A DNA stretch of 64,000 bases, from contig AP038806.1 of the NCBI GenBank assembly GCA_047150005.1, positions 416,001-480,000 on the forward strand, in the 5' to 3' direction. Made by a program: the position numbers and the translations under genes. Below the pieces are notes generated by a model. That model had not been told where the DNA came from. It saw only the letters and a list, made by a program, of their open reading frames with translations, and did no database searches. The stretch comes from Nitrospira sp. (lineage in GTDB: Bacteria; Nitrospirota; Nitrospiria; Nitrospirales; Nitrospiraceae). This document shows, piece by piece, positions 12,312-21,104 of the stretch. Numbering within the stretch: the stretch's first letter is position 1; the number at the start of each line of letters is the position of its first letter.

Positions 12312-12976
12312 CCGATGGGCACTCCCGGATCTGGCTGTTTGATCGGACCCCACTTGGCTTCAGCCGGCATGGTTGCGACGAGCGACGGGGTGGGTGAATA
12401 GAGCCCGCCTGAGACGATCAGCTTCATCGCCTCTTCCACGCTGATGTCGACGGACGTCACTTCACGCTCGGGCACCAACAGAAAATATCCGGACGTCGGA
12501 TTCGGTGAGGTGGGAACGTAGACATGGACCAACGCATCCTGCGTGATGTCCTGCATCTCTCCCTTCGTCACCCCGGTGACGAAGGCAAAGCAATAGTGGC
12601 CGTTCTTCGGAAACTGAATCAGGACGACACGATGGTACGATCCGCGCTCGGAAAACGAGAGAATGTCCATCATGGACTTCAGGGTCGAATAGATTCCGCG
12701 CACGAGCGGCACGCGGTTCAGCCAGCTCTCCCACGCCTTGACGATCTGCCTGCCGATGAAATTGGCGGCAAATAGACCCGTCGCGAACACCAACACGAGC
12801 AGCGCGAGGATGCCCAATCCCGGCACATAATGATTCGGCACCATCGAGGCCAACAGATTTCCGAGAATGCCGTCGACCGCGATGAAGAGTGTCTTCAAAA
12901 TGAGGATGGTCCCCCAGATCGGGGTAATCACCAGAAGACCTGTCAGAAAGTAGCGTTTTAGCGAGGCTTTCAGCAT
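12308..12976 (-). CDS. DUF502 membrane protein
   Basis: LKRYFLTGLLV, VPLVRGIYS, VYVPTSPNPTSGY, AMKLIVSGG. Confidence 0.9.
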   Translation of the reverse strand: MLKASLKRYFLTGLLVITPIWGTILILKTLFIAVDGILGNLLASMVPNHYVPGLGILALLVLVFATGLFAANFIGRQIVKAWESWLNRVPLVRGIYSTLKSMMDILSFSERGSYHRVVLIQFPKNGHYCFAFVTGVTKGEMQDITQDALVHVYVPTSPNPTSGYFLLVPEREVTSVDISVEEAMKLIVSGGLYSPTPSLVATMPAEAKWGPIKQPDPGVPIG

Positions 12977-13109
12977 GAAACCGCGCCCGTGGAAGTGGAA
13001 TCACATCATACAGAGGATACGGAGACGCTCGCAAGCCTTTTCTTGCTATTTTCAACAACTTGGACTAGGATTCCGCCCGTTTTTCCCCCCTGAAAGGATC
13101 CCCGATCCG

Positions 13110-13796
13110 ATGAACACACGAACGCGAACACACCGGGGCCTCTTCATCACCCTGGAAGGACCGGAAGGGAGCGGGAAAAGCACACAGATCCGGCACCTCG
13201 CCGCCCTCCTGCGACACGCCGGGTACAGAGTCGTCGCCACTAGGGAACCGGGAGGCACCCCGGTCGCCGAAGCGATCCGCAACGTCCTGCTGCTCTCTCG
13301 ACATACAGAGCCGATCGGCGCGAAGACCGAAGCCCTGTTGATCCTCGCCGCCCGCAGTCAGCACGTGACTGAGATCATCAAGCCGGCGCTGATGCAGGGC
13401 GCTATAGTCCTGTGCGACCGGTTCTCCGACTCAACCATCGCCTATCAGGGATTCGGCCGCGGGCTAGACAGAGAATGGCTGAAACGAGTCAACGCTGTCG
13501 TGACGGAGGGACTGCGACCGGATTTCACAATATTGCTGGACCTGCCTATCGCCGTCGGCTTGGCGCGGAGACGGTCCTCGGCTGGCAGGCAAAACCGGCT
13601 GGATCGGGAGGCGGCACGGTTCCACCGGCTCGTTCGACAAGGCTTTCTCAGGTTGGCCGACCAGTCGCGCGGACGGATCACAGTGATCAAGGCGGATCGG
13701 TCCGCGGAGGAAATCCGTGCAGAGATCGAGCCGCTTGCACTGCGGTGGGCGGCACGGTATGTAGGACGTTGGAAGGTCACGCATGCCGTTTCATGA
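13110..13796 (+). CDS. tmk: Thymidylate kinase
   Basis: FITLEGPEGSGKST, TREPGGT, CDRFSDSTIAYQG; start placed at ATG 13110. Confidence 0.96.
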   Translation: MNTRTRTHRGLFITLEGPEGSGKSTQIRHLAALLRHAGYRVVATREPGGTPVAEAIRNVLLLSRHTEPIGAKTEALLILAARSQHVTEIIKPALMQGAIVLCDRFSDSTIAYQGFGRGLDREWLKRVNAVVTEGLRPDFTILLDLPIAVGLARRRSSAGRQNRLDREAARFHRLVRQGFLRLADQSRGRITVIKADRSAEEIRAEIEPLALRWAARYVGRWKVTHAVS

Positions 13797-14811
13797 TGTC
13801 ATCGGTCACAATGCGACGATCGCCGCTCTGCAAGCTGCCGCAAGCGGCGGGCGATTGGCCCATGCCTATCTGTTTCATGGGGACGTCGCGATCGGAAAGC
13901 GGCTGACGGCGTTTCGATTCGCCCAGGCCCTCAATTGCGAGCGGGTGGAGACGACCAACCCACCCGACGCATGCGGCCTCTGTCGCTCGTGCTTGCAGAT
14001 CGAAGCCCGCACCCACCCGGACTTCTTCGTGATCGAGCCGGACCGGGAATTGGCCACGCCTCAGATCAAGATCGAAGAGATTCGCGGCCTCGAACAACAG
14101 ATGGTGTACCGTCCGCTGGTCGGCGAACAAAAGATTTGCCTGATTGACGACGCAGACCGCATGACGATCGGGGCTTCCAACGCCCTCTTGAAAACGCTGG
14201 AGGAACCGCCGGACCATAGCCTGTTCCTGCTGATCTCGAGCCGGCCGGCCGCCTTGCCGGCCACGATCCGTTCTCGGTGTCAGCAGCTTCGTTTCGCCGT
14301 TCCGACGCGGACGCAGGTGGAAGCGGCGCTCATTCGCGATCGGCAGAAAGCGCCCGCCGAAGCTCGGTTGCTGGCGGTCTTCAGCGAGGGACGGATCGGG
14401 GAGGCGTTCTCCGCCGACGCAGGACAGCTCCGAACCCGCCAGCTGGAAATAATGGAACTGGTCAGCCGGCAATGCTTGCAGTCGAGCGCCTTGTTGCTCA
14501 CGGCTGTCGAGTCGCTCCATAAGGCCGAGCGGGCGCAAGAAACCCTGACATGGCTGGCCCGATGGATCCGAGACGTGGTGTTGGTCAAGGTGGGAGGCGC
14601 CCCCGACCAACTCATGTTCTCCGAGCATGTCCAGGCGCTTGAAACCTGTGCGCGCCAGGCCGATACGGATTCCCTTCTCCTGCTGCTGCAGGACATCGAG
14701 CACACGGAACAACAGTCCGGTAGACACGTCAATCTCCAAATCGCGCTTGAAAACATTCTCCTTCGCCTGCGTGATGCGGTCTTCCCTCAAACTCCGGTCC
14801 CGTCGTCCTGA
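13783..14811 (+). CDS. holB: DNA polymerase III subunit delta'
   Basis: HAYLFHG, CGLCRSC zinc motif, HPDF, NALLKTLEEPP, TIRSRC; follows tmk. Confidence 0.95.
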   Translation: MPFHDVIGHNATIAALQAAASGGRLAHAYLFHGDVAIGKRLTAFRFAQALNCERVETTNPPDACGLCRSCLQIEARTHPDFFVIEPDRELATPQIKIEEIRGLEQQMVYRPLVGEQKICLIDDADRMTIGASNALLKTLEEPPDHSLFLLISSRPAALPATIRSRCQQLRFAVPTRTQVEAALIRDRQKAPAEARLLAVFSEGRIGEAFSADAGQLRTRQLEIMELVSRQCLQSSALLLTAVESLHKAERAQETLTWLARWIRDVVLVKVGGAPDQLMFSEHVQALETCARQADTDSLLLLLQDIEHTEQQSGRHVNLQIALENILLRLRDAVFPQTPVPSS

Positions 14812-14889
14812 CGATCGCAGGGTTCGCTCCCCGTCCATGCCCGCATAGCTTTCGTTCGGCGCAACCTGGTATCTTCTGGTCGACTGCCC

Positions 14890-16914
14890 ATGAGCGCCAA
14901 ACACACCTTTTACATCACCACTCCGATCTACTACGTCAACGATGTACCCCATATCGGACACGCCTACACGACCATCGCGGCCGACGTGCTGGCCCGTTAC
15001 CGAAGACTGAAGGGACGCGATGTCTTTTTCCTCACAGGTCTCGACGAGCACGGCCAGAAAGTCCAACAGGCCGCCGCCAAGGCCGGCATCGATCCCCAAG
15101 TCCATTGCGACAAGTTGGCTCCTCAGTTCCAGACACTTTGGACCCGCCTCAACATTTCCAACGACGCCTTCATCCGAACGACCGACGGCGCACATAAATC
15201 AATCGTTCAACGATATCTTCAGGAACTATTCGACAAGAACTTGATTTATAAAGGCTCTTACACTGGATGGTACTGCACGTTCGACGAACGATTCTGGACC
15301 GAGAAGGATGTCGAGAACGGCCTCTGTCCGGACTGCAAACGCCCCGTCGAGCAGATCAGCGAGCACAATTATTTCTTCAGGATGGGGCAATATCAAGATC
15401 GACTGATCGACTACATCAAGACACACGATCGTTTCGTGCGCCCGGAGCCGCGCCGCAATGAGGTCTTGGGTTTCCTTCAAACGCAGAAGCTCGGAGACCT
15501 CTCGATCTCGCGACCGAAGTCCCGGCTGTCATGGGGCATCGAGCTGCCGTTCGACGCACAATACGTCACCTACGTGTGGTTCGACGCACTGGTGAATTAC
15601 CTCTCCGCCCTCGAGTACAAATTGCCGTCGCCGTCCGTCGGACGGTACTGGCCCGCCGACATACACCTGGTGGGCAAGGACATCCTCACCACCCACGCCG
15701 TTTATTGGTCCACGATGCTGATGGCGTTGAACCTGCCGTTGCCGAAAACCATCTTTGCACACGGATGGTGGACGGTCGACGGAGAGAAGATGTCCAAGAG
15801 CCGCGGCAACGTCGTGGACCCTAACAGCATGGTGGAAGCCTACGGCGTCGACCCCTTCCGGTATTTCCTCCTCAGAGAGGTTCCCTTCGGTCAGGACGGT
15901 GACTTTTCAGAACAGGCGATGGCGAGGCGAATCAACAGCGACCTGGCGAATGGAATCGGCAATCTCTTGAGCCGGACATTGACGATGATCGAACGGAGCT
16001 GCGCCGGCACGATCCCGGATGTCCCTCACAATTACCTCGACGGCGACGATGCGCAGAACACATACCCGCTTCTCGTTCATGCACGGGAATCCCTGCGGAC
16101 GTTGGGAGACCGGCTGGACACATTGTTCGACGGTTTTGAGTTCAATACCATTCTCCTCCTCATCGCGAGCCGAGTCTCCGATGCGGACACCTTCATCGAT
16201 AAACACGAACCCTGGAAGCTTGCAAAAGATCCAGGCAAACAGGCCGAACTGCACGCTGTCCTGTACAGTGCTGCCGAGTGCTTGCGTATTGTGAGCCTCT
16301 ATCTCTACCCGGTGATGCCGGACACCGCGCAGAAAATCGCGGAGCAGTTGGGCCTGAACGTTGATTTCACCATGCCGTTGTTGCGCGACACAGTCGAGTG
16401 GGGTGGGCTCCAAGCCGGAGCGAAGATCCGCAAGGGGCCTCCCCTCTTCCCACGCGTTGAACCGAAACCACAAGGAGCCAAACCCGTGAGCGATTCTGCA
16501 ACACCGTCTCAACCGACCGCCGCCCCTTCGGCTGCGACGTCCGTCACCACCACCACTGCTGTGCCCACGCCGGCGCCTCCCGCCGCTCCGGCTCAGATTC
16601 CCATCGACGAGTTCATGAAGATCCAGCTCAAGACCGCGAAGGTCCTTGCAGCGGAGCGGGTCCCCAAGTCCGAGAAGCTGCTGAAACTTCTCGTTTCGCT
16701 TGGGACGGAAGAGCGCCAAATCGTGGCCGGCATCGGCAAGAAATATGAGCCGGAATCACTCGTAGGCAAGACCATCGTCATCGTCGCCAATCTGAAACCC
16801 GCGAAGCTCATGGGCATTGAATCGCAAGGGATGGTGCTCGCCGCCGGCGACAGCGACGTGCGAGGCCTCGTCACCATCCTGGAAGAGGTCGATCCAGGAA
16901 CCAAAGTCAAATGA
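14890..16914 (+). CDS. metG: Methionine--tRNA ligase with C-terminal tRNA-binding domain
   Basis: PHIGH and KMSKS motifs, YVWFDAL, Pro/Thr/Ala linker, C-terminal OB domain (MGIESQGM). Confidence 0.98.
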   Translation: MSAKHTFYITTPIYYVNDVPHIGHAYTTIAADVLARYRRLKGRDVFFLTGLDEHGQKVQQAAAKAGIDPQVHCDKLAPQFQTLWTRLNISNDAFIRTTDGAHKSIVQRYLQELFDKNLIYKGSYTGWYCTFDERFWTEKDVENGLCPDCKRPVEQISEHNYFFRMGQYQDRLIDYIKTHDRFVRPEPRRNEVLGFLQTQKLGDLSISRPKSRLSWGIELPFDAQYVTYVWFDALVNYLSALEYKLPSPSVGRYWPADIHLVGKDILTTHAVYWSTMLMALNLPLPKTIFAHGWWTVDGEKMSKSRGNVVDPNSMVEAYGVDPFRYFLLREVPFGQDGDFSEQAMARRINSDLANGIGNLLSRTLTMIERSCAGTIPDVPHNYLDGDDAQNTYPLLVHARESLRTLGDRLDTLFDGFEFNTILLLIASRVSDADTFIDKHEPWKLAKDPGKQAELHAVLYSAAECLRIVSLYLYPVMPDTAQKIAEQLGLNVDFTMPLLRDTVEWGGLQAGAKIRKGPPLFPRVEPKPQGAKPVSDSATPSQPTAAPSAATSVTTTTAVPTPAPPAAPAQIPIDEFMKIQLKTAKVLAAERVPKSEKLLKLLVSLGTEERQIVAGIGKKYEPESLVGKTIVIVANLKPAKLMGIESQGMVLAAGDSDVRGLVTILEEVDPGTKVK

Positions 16915-17768
16915 CCAGACCCACGGGCATGATGGCACTCCTGCTGGTCGCCCTGCTGGTTCCCTGTCAGAGCTGGCCGCTTCCTGCGGAAGAAGAGCCT
17001 CCTCCCGACCCGCATCTCAATGAGCCAAAGGCGACCACCGTCGTGGTGCGCGTGGTTGCCCATGGCGCGATGGTCCTCGGCCGCGAAGTAGGCGGAGCCA
17101 GGGTCACGATCACCGACGCGGCCACGAAGCAGATTCTGGCCACCGGCATCCAGCAAGGCGAGGCCGGCGATCAGAACCAGATCATGCGGACGCCGCGAAC
17201 CATGGAAGAGCCGATCTACAGCTCTCGGCCCTCCGCGGCGTTCACCACGACCCTGGAATTGAGCCGCCCCACCCTTGTGGAAATTTCGGCCGAAGGCCCG
17301 CTCGCCTACCCCGCATCGATGCAGCGGACGTCCGAGACCGTCCTCTTGATCCCGGGCCAGGACCTTACGAACGACGGTATCGTACTGCACCTGTATGGTT
17401 ACCTCGTTCAGATCGAGCGCCCGAAGCCGGGCGACTCCCTCATCGCCAAGGACGACGTGAAGCTTCGGGCATCGGTCCGCACTCTGTCCGGCACCTTGGT
17501 CCGTCCCCATGGAGACTGGGATTCGCGCAGGATCAACATTTATGGAGAAGTGTTGATCGGCACCCGCATCGTGGAACGCCTCCAGATGTTTTACTCCGGA
17601 GAAAGCAGCAGTTTTGAGGCTCCCTTCTTCGTTCCGACGGTGAAAGACGCACCGGACGGCATCACGCTACGCGTGATCGCCACCGATCTCTCCACAGGAA
17701 ATTCCGGGATGGGAACCACGACCTACCCGGTCCTGACCGAACAATTGAAACCGCCCCTGCGACATTGA
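16911..17768 (+). CDS. Exported hypothetical protein
   Basis: 285-aa ORF overlapping the metG stop (ATGA), signal-peptide-like N-terminus, beta-rich character. Confidence 0.75.
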   Translation: MTRPTGMMALLLVALLVPCQSWPLPAEEEPPPDPHLNEPKATTVVVRVVAHGAMVLGREVGGARVTITDAATKQILATGIQQGEAGDQNQIMRTPRTMEEPIYSSRPSAAFTTTLELSRPTLVEISAEGPLAYPASMQRTSETVLLIPGQDLTNDGIVLHLYGYLVQIERPKPGDSLIAKDDVKLRASVRTLSGTLVRPHGDWDSRRINIYGEVLIGTRIVERLQMFYSGESSSFEAPFFVPTVKDAPDGITLRVIATDLSTGNSGMGTTTYPVLTEQLKPPLRH

Positions 17769-18046
17769 GCCGTCACCGGTTCCTCCTACGCTTCTCCTCT
17801 CGGCATCCGAATTAACTCCTCGCTGATCGACCACGTCTGCCTCATCATCCCGCCGCCGCTGTTCCTATTCGGGTCCGCTACTCAACAGATTCACATATGA
17901 ACGGTCAATACCAAGAGCGCGAAGACACGAGCGCAGCAAGCCTGGGCATGTCGCGCAAGGCAGTGAGCGTTATCGTACGTGATGATTCGATACCGCGTAT
18001 GTGACATCGAATAACGGCGCCCCGAGGGACCAGGGCAGAGCAAGAC

Positions 18047-18075
18047 TTGCCGTCCCGGCCGGCTCGTGCGACACT
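18047..18075 (+). promoter_or_regulatory. Putative sigma70 promoter for the CDF/COG0523 genes (leaderless geometry)
   Basis: TTGCCG-17 nt-GACACT with TGn extension, 7 nt before ATG 18083, no SD. Confidence 0.5.
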
Positions 18076-18082
18076 GAAACCC

Positions 18083-19027
18083 ATGACGTCCCTGGTCGCC
18101 TACCACCATCTTCGTTCTCGCCTGCACCTCGCCCTGGGGTTGAATGCGGTCATCATCGTCGGCGAGTTCGCCGGAGGGTGGCTGTTGAACAGCATGGGAC
18201 TCATGAGCGATGCGGGGCACAATCTCGTCGACCAGGGATCGCTGTTTCTCGTCTTGTACGCGCATCTCCTGACCTCGAGGCCCGCCACGGAATCCCGAAC
18301 TTTCGGCTATCATCGCGCCGGAATGATCGCCGCCTTTCTGAATTCGTTCATTCTCTTGCTGACCGCGGCCGGCATCCTGCTCATCGGCCTCACGCGTCTG
18401 TTCGAACCGGTCGTCGTCGACGGCGCCTGGATGATGGGCGTCGCAGCCGTGAGTTTCGCCGCCAATCTGGGCATCGCCCTGCTGCTCCAACAGGGCGCCA
18501 AGGACGACCTCAACATCCGCAGTGCCTTCTGGCACATGCTGGCCGACGCCTGGGTGTCCCTCGGCGTGATCGTGAGCGGCGGAGCCATTCTGCTCACGGG
18601 CTGGACCGTGCTCGACCCTCTCATGAGCATCGTCGTCGTGGCCGCCATCATTCACGGAGCCTGGCCGATCTTCAAGGAATCGTTGGAGGTCCTGTTGGAA
18701 TCGACTCCGCCCGGCATCAACGCCTCGAGCGTCGCCGCGACGATCGAATCGATCCCGGGCGTGGTCAACGTCCATGATCTTCACATTTGGGCCATCGAAC
18801 CTCGGCTGATCATGCTCACCTGTCACATTCTGATCGAGGGAGAAGATACCGCCGACACCACACCGTTGCTGAAGACGATCCGTGACCGGATCACCGGAGA
18901 CTTCGGGATCAAACACATGACGATCCAGCTGGAGACCAGCTGCGCCCATCCGAATGCGGTGCACTGCAATCTCAACACATTGGCGGGACAACACCCGGCC
19001 GTCGCATCCGCCCACGTCATCCACTGA
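18083..19027 (+). CDS. Cation diffusion facilitator (CzcD/ZitB-like Zn/Co/Cd exporter)
   Basis: SDAGHNLVD and HMLAD (HxxxD in TM2 and TM5), TFGYHR, VHDLHIW, HMTIQLE. Confidence 0.92.
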   Translation: MTSLVAYHHLRSRLHLALGLNAVIIVGEFAGGWLLNSMGLMSDAGHNLVDQGSLFLVLYAHLLTSRPATESRTFGYHRAGMIAAFLNSFILLLTAAGILLIGLTRLFEPVVVDGAWMMGVAAVSFAANLGIALLLQQGAKDDLNIRSAFWHMLADAWVSLGVIVSGGAILLTGWTVLDPLMSIVVVAAIIHGAWPIFKESLEVLLESTPPGINASSVAATIESIPGVVNVHDLHIWAIEPRLIMLTCHILIEGEDTADTTPLLKTIRDRITGDFGIKHMTIQLETSCAHPNAVHCNLNTLAGQHPAVASAHVIH

Positions 19028-19036
19028 CCCGATGCC

Positions 19037-20002
19037 ATGACGCCTTCACCGGTGCCGTTCTATCTGTTGTGCGGGTCCCTGGGGGCGGGCAAGACCACGC
19101 TCCTGATGCGGCTGCTCGAACATTGGAAGTCGGCCGGCAAGCGGGCGGGCGTCCTCATGAACGAGGCCGGCGAGATCAGCATCGACGGGCCGCGCGCCGG
19201 CACCATCGCCGAACAGGTGATGAATCTGGCCGGCGGATGCGTCTGCTGCGACACGAAGGAAGATCTCTCCTGGGGCATCGCGCAGCTGGTTCACGATCAT
19301 GAATCGGACTTGATCGTTTTGGAATGCTCGGGCTTGGCGGATCCGGTCGAGGTCGTGGACGCCGTCACCGACCTCTATACGTCCCGGCTCGCGTCGCTCG
19401 AACGCGTCATCGCGCTGCTCCATCCCGTCGCGGGTGATCACAGCCACTCCAGCCGGTTCGTGACGTCCCAGGCGATTCGTTGCGCGGATGAGCTGATTCT
19501 GAACAAGCGGGACCTGTATGTCCCGGGACATTGGGAGCAGTTCAAGGAGTCGATCGTCCGAGACAATCCGTTCGCTCGGCTCTGGGAAACCACGCAGGCC
19601 CGAATTGATCCGGGAACGCTCCTGGCTCCTCGCACCGCGCTCAAACCGACCCCGACCAATGTGCTCTTCGGTAAGGAGCGGCCTCCCGGCGTACAGACCC
19701 GTGAACCCTACCATCCCATGGCCACCACCGTTCGGCTCCCCGGTCCGGTACACCGCGAACGACTGTTGGACTGGGTGAAGACCCTGCCTAAGGAATTGGA
19801 GCGGGCAAAGGGATTCTTCCGTTTTCCCGGCGACCCTGACTTGCAGGAATTACAGTATGCGCCGCCGGGAGCCGCCACCATCACGCCGGTCATGTTGCTG
19901 GATGAACCGAATCACGCCGTCGTGATGATCGGGCGCAACTACGACGTGGATCGCTGCGTGGCCGGTCTCCTAGCCTGCATCGAGCAGCCGACCAAGAACT
20001 GA
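19037..20002 (+). CDS. COG0523/CobW-family G3E GTPase metallochaperone
   Basis: GSLGAGKTT, NEAGE, GGCVCC (CxCC), ECSGLADP, LNKRD, and RAKG in the C-terminal domain. Confidence 0.92.
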   Translation: MTPSPVPFYLLCGSLGAGKTTLLMRLLEHWKSAGKRAGVLMNEAGEISIDGPRAGTIAEQVMNLAGGCVCCDTKEDLSWGIAQLVHDHESDLIVLECSGLADPVEVVDAVTDLYTSRLASLERVIALLHPVAGDHSHSSRFVTSQAIRCADELILNKRDLYVPGHWEQFKESIVRDNPFARLWETTQARIDPGTLLAPRTALKPTPTNVLFGKERPPGVQTREPYHPMATTVRLPGPVHRERLLDWVKTLPKELERAKGFFRFPGDPDLQELQYAPPGAATITPVMLLDEPNHAVVMIGRNYDVDRCVAGLLACIEQPTKN

Positions 20003-20003
20003 C

Positions 20004-20579
20004 TCATGGTTTCGCAGCGACACCGGCAGAAGTGGCGGAGGGTAGCGCACGACGCCGAAATCTCGGCCATTGGAGGAGCGCCCAGGCCGTCGCCGCCCCA
20101 AACAGACCGCCCAGCAGCCAGCCGGCCAGCACGTCCGTCACGTAGTGGGCGCCGATAAAGACTCGTGCCAGGCCGATCATCGCCACAAGAGGCCAGCTGA
20201 TCCAGGCCGACCGGGGGTACAACACGTGGAGGAAGGCGGCGGCGGCCGCGGTGTTGATCGCATGGTTGGAGGGAAACCCGAAGGCTTTTCCGCAGGCCTC
20301 AATCTGGTGAATGTCCGGCAGCGCGACGCAAGGCCGCGGCCGGGCCACCAACCCCTTGATACGGGCCCCCAGAAAATCGGCGACGCCGATCACCCCGCCC
20401 AACAGAGGCGCGGCAATGACCATTTCCTGCCGGAATAGCCACAGCCAGTACCCTCCCAGAGCAATGGCCGGGCCCCAGAGAAGATCGGGAGACGACAACG
20501 TCAGCGCCAGCCAATCCAGGGTACCCGACCGCCCAGCAAGGCCGTTGACGGCGCGGAAGAGGGCTTCATCCCAACTCAC
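20004..20579 (-). CDS. PAP2-family phosphatase
   Basis: KGLVARPRP, FPSNH and ARVFIGAHYVTD motifs. Confidence 0.92.
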   Translation of the reverse strand: MSWDEALFRAVNGLAGRSGTLDWLALTLSSPDLLWGPAIALGGYWLWLFRQEMVIAAPLLGGVIGVADFLGARIKGLVARPRPCVALPDIHQIEACGKAFGFPSNHAINTAAAAAFLHVLYPRSAWISWPLVAMIGLARVFIGAHYVTDVLAGWLLGGLFGAATAWALLQWPRFRRRALPSATSAGVAAKP

Positions 20580-20585
20580 GCGGGC

Positions 20586-20594
20586 ATCTTAGCA
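20586..20594 (-). promoter_or_regulatory. Putative extended -10 promoter of the PAP2 gene
   Basis: TGcTAAGAT 6 nt upstream of GTG 20579, no SD. Confidence 0.45.
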
Positions 20595-20642
20595 TGAGGC
20601 AGGACAATCAGCGATATTGGGAACGCTCTCGTTTCAACCTCC

Positions 20643-21080
20643 TCACCGGGTGCGGAAGTGGATACGGACCGTCAGTTCTCCGTCAACGGGATCGTCGCCC
20701 TTCATCTGCGGCTCGAATGTCCACTTGTTGAGCGCGGCAATCCCGGCCTGGGTCAACTCGCGATGTTTGGCAGGTTCCAATACGATCACCGTCGACTTGG
20801 CGTCCTTGGAGACCAACACCCGGGCTTTCATCCAATCATCGAGAACGGTGCCGTCGAGCGCAGGAGGAATCCTCGGCCATGGTGTGGACTTGGGCACCGG
20901 TCCGAGTTGCTGGTCCTTGTTGAGCGATAGTCCGTGCACATGGACTTCCGGCAGTTCCAATACGTCTTCCTGGTGGTCACTCTGATGCGTGGCATCATCA
21001 CCGGCTGCAGCTTGAACGGAGATCGGCCAGAGAAACCCAGCCAGGCCTAGGCATACGACTAGCTGACACATGGAACGCAT
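20643..21080 (-). CDS. Short TonB C-terminal-domain protein with signal peptide
   Basis: C-terminal AALNKWTFEP..GDDPVDG...VRIHF matches the TonB_C pattern; lies just downstream of a TonB-dependent receptor. Confidence 0.8.
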   Translation of the reverse strand: MRSMCQLVVCLGLAGFLWPISVQAAAGDDATHQSDHQEDVLELPEVHVHGLSLNKDQQLGPVPKSTPWPRIPPALDGTVLDDWMKARVLVSKDAKSTVIVLEPAKHRELTQAGIAALNKWTFEPQMKGDDPVDGELTVRIHFRTR

Positions 21081-21104
21081 TCAGTTCTCACTGTACTTGA
21101 GAGA

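Noticed and set aside
14812..14889. T-box or SAM riboswitch before metG
   Set aside because: The 78-nt gap is too short and lacks the conserved motifs.
16480..16595. Low-complexity Pro/Thr/Ala stretch in metG as an insertion or intein
   Set aside because: It is an ordinary flexible linker before the C-terminal tRNA-binding domain, with no splicing motifs.
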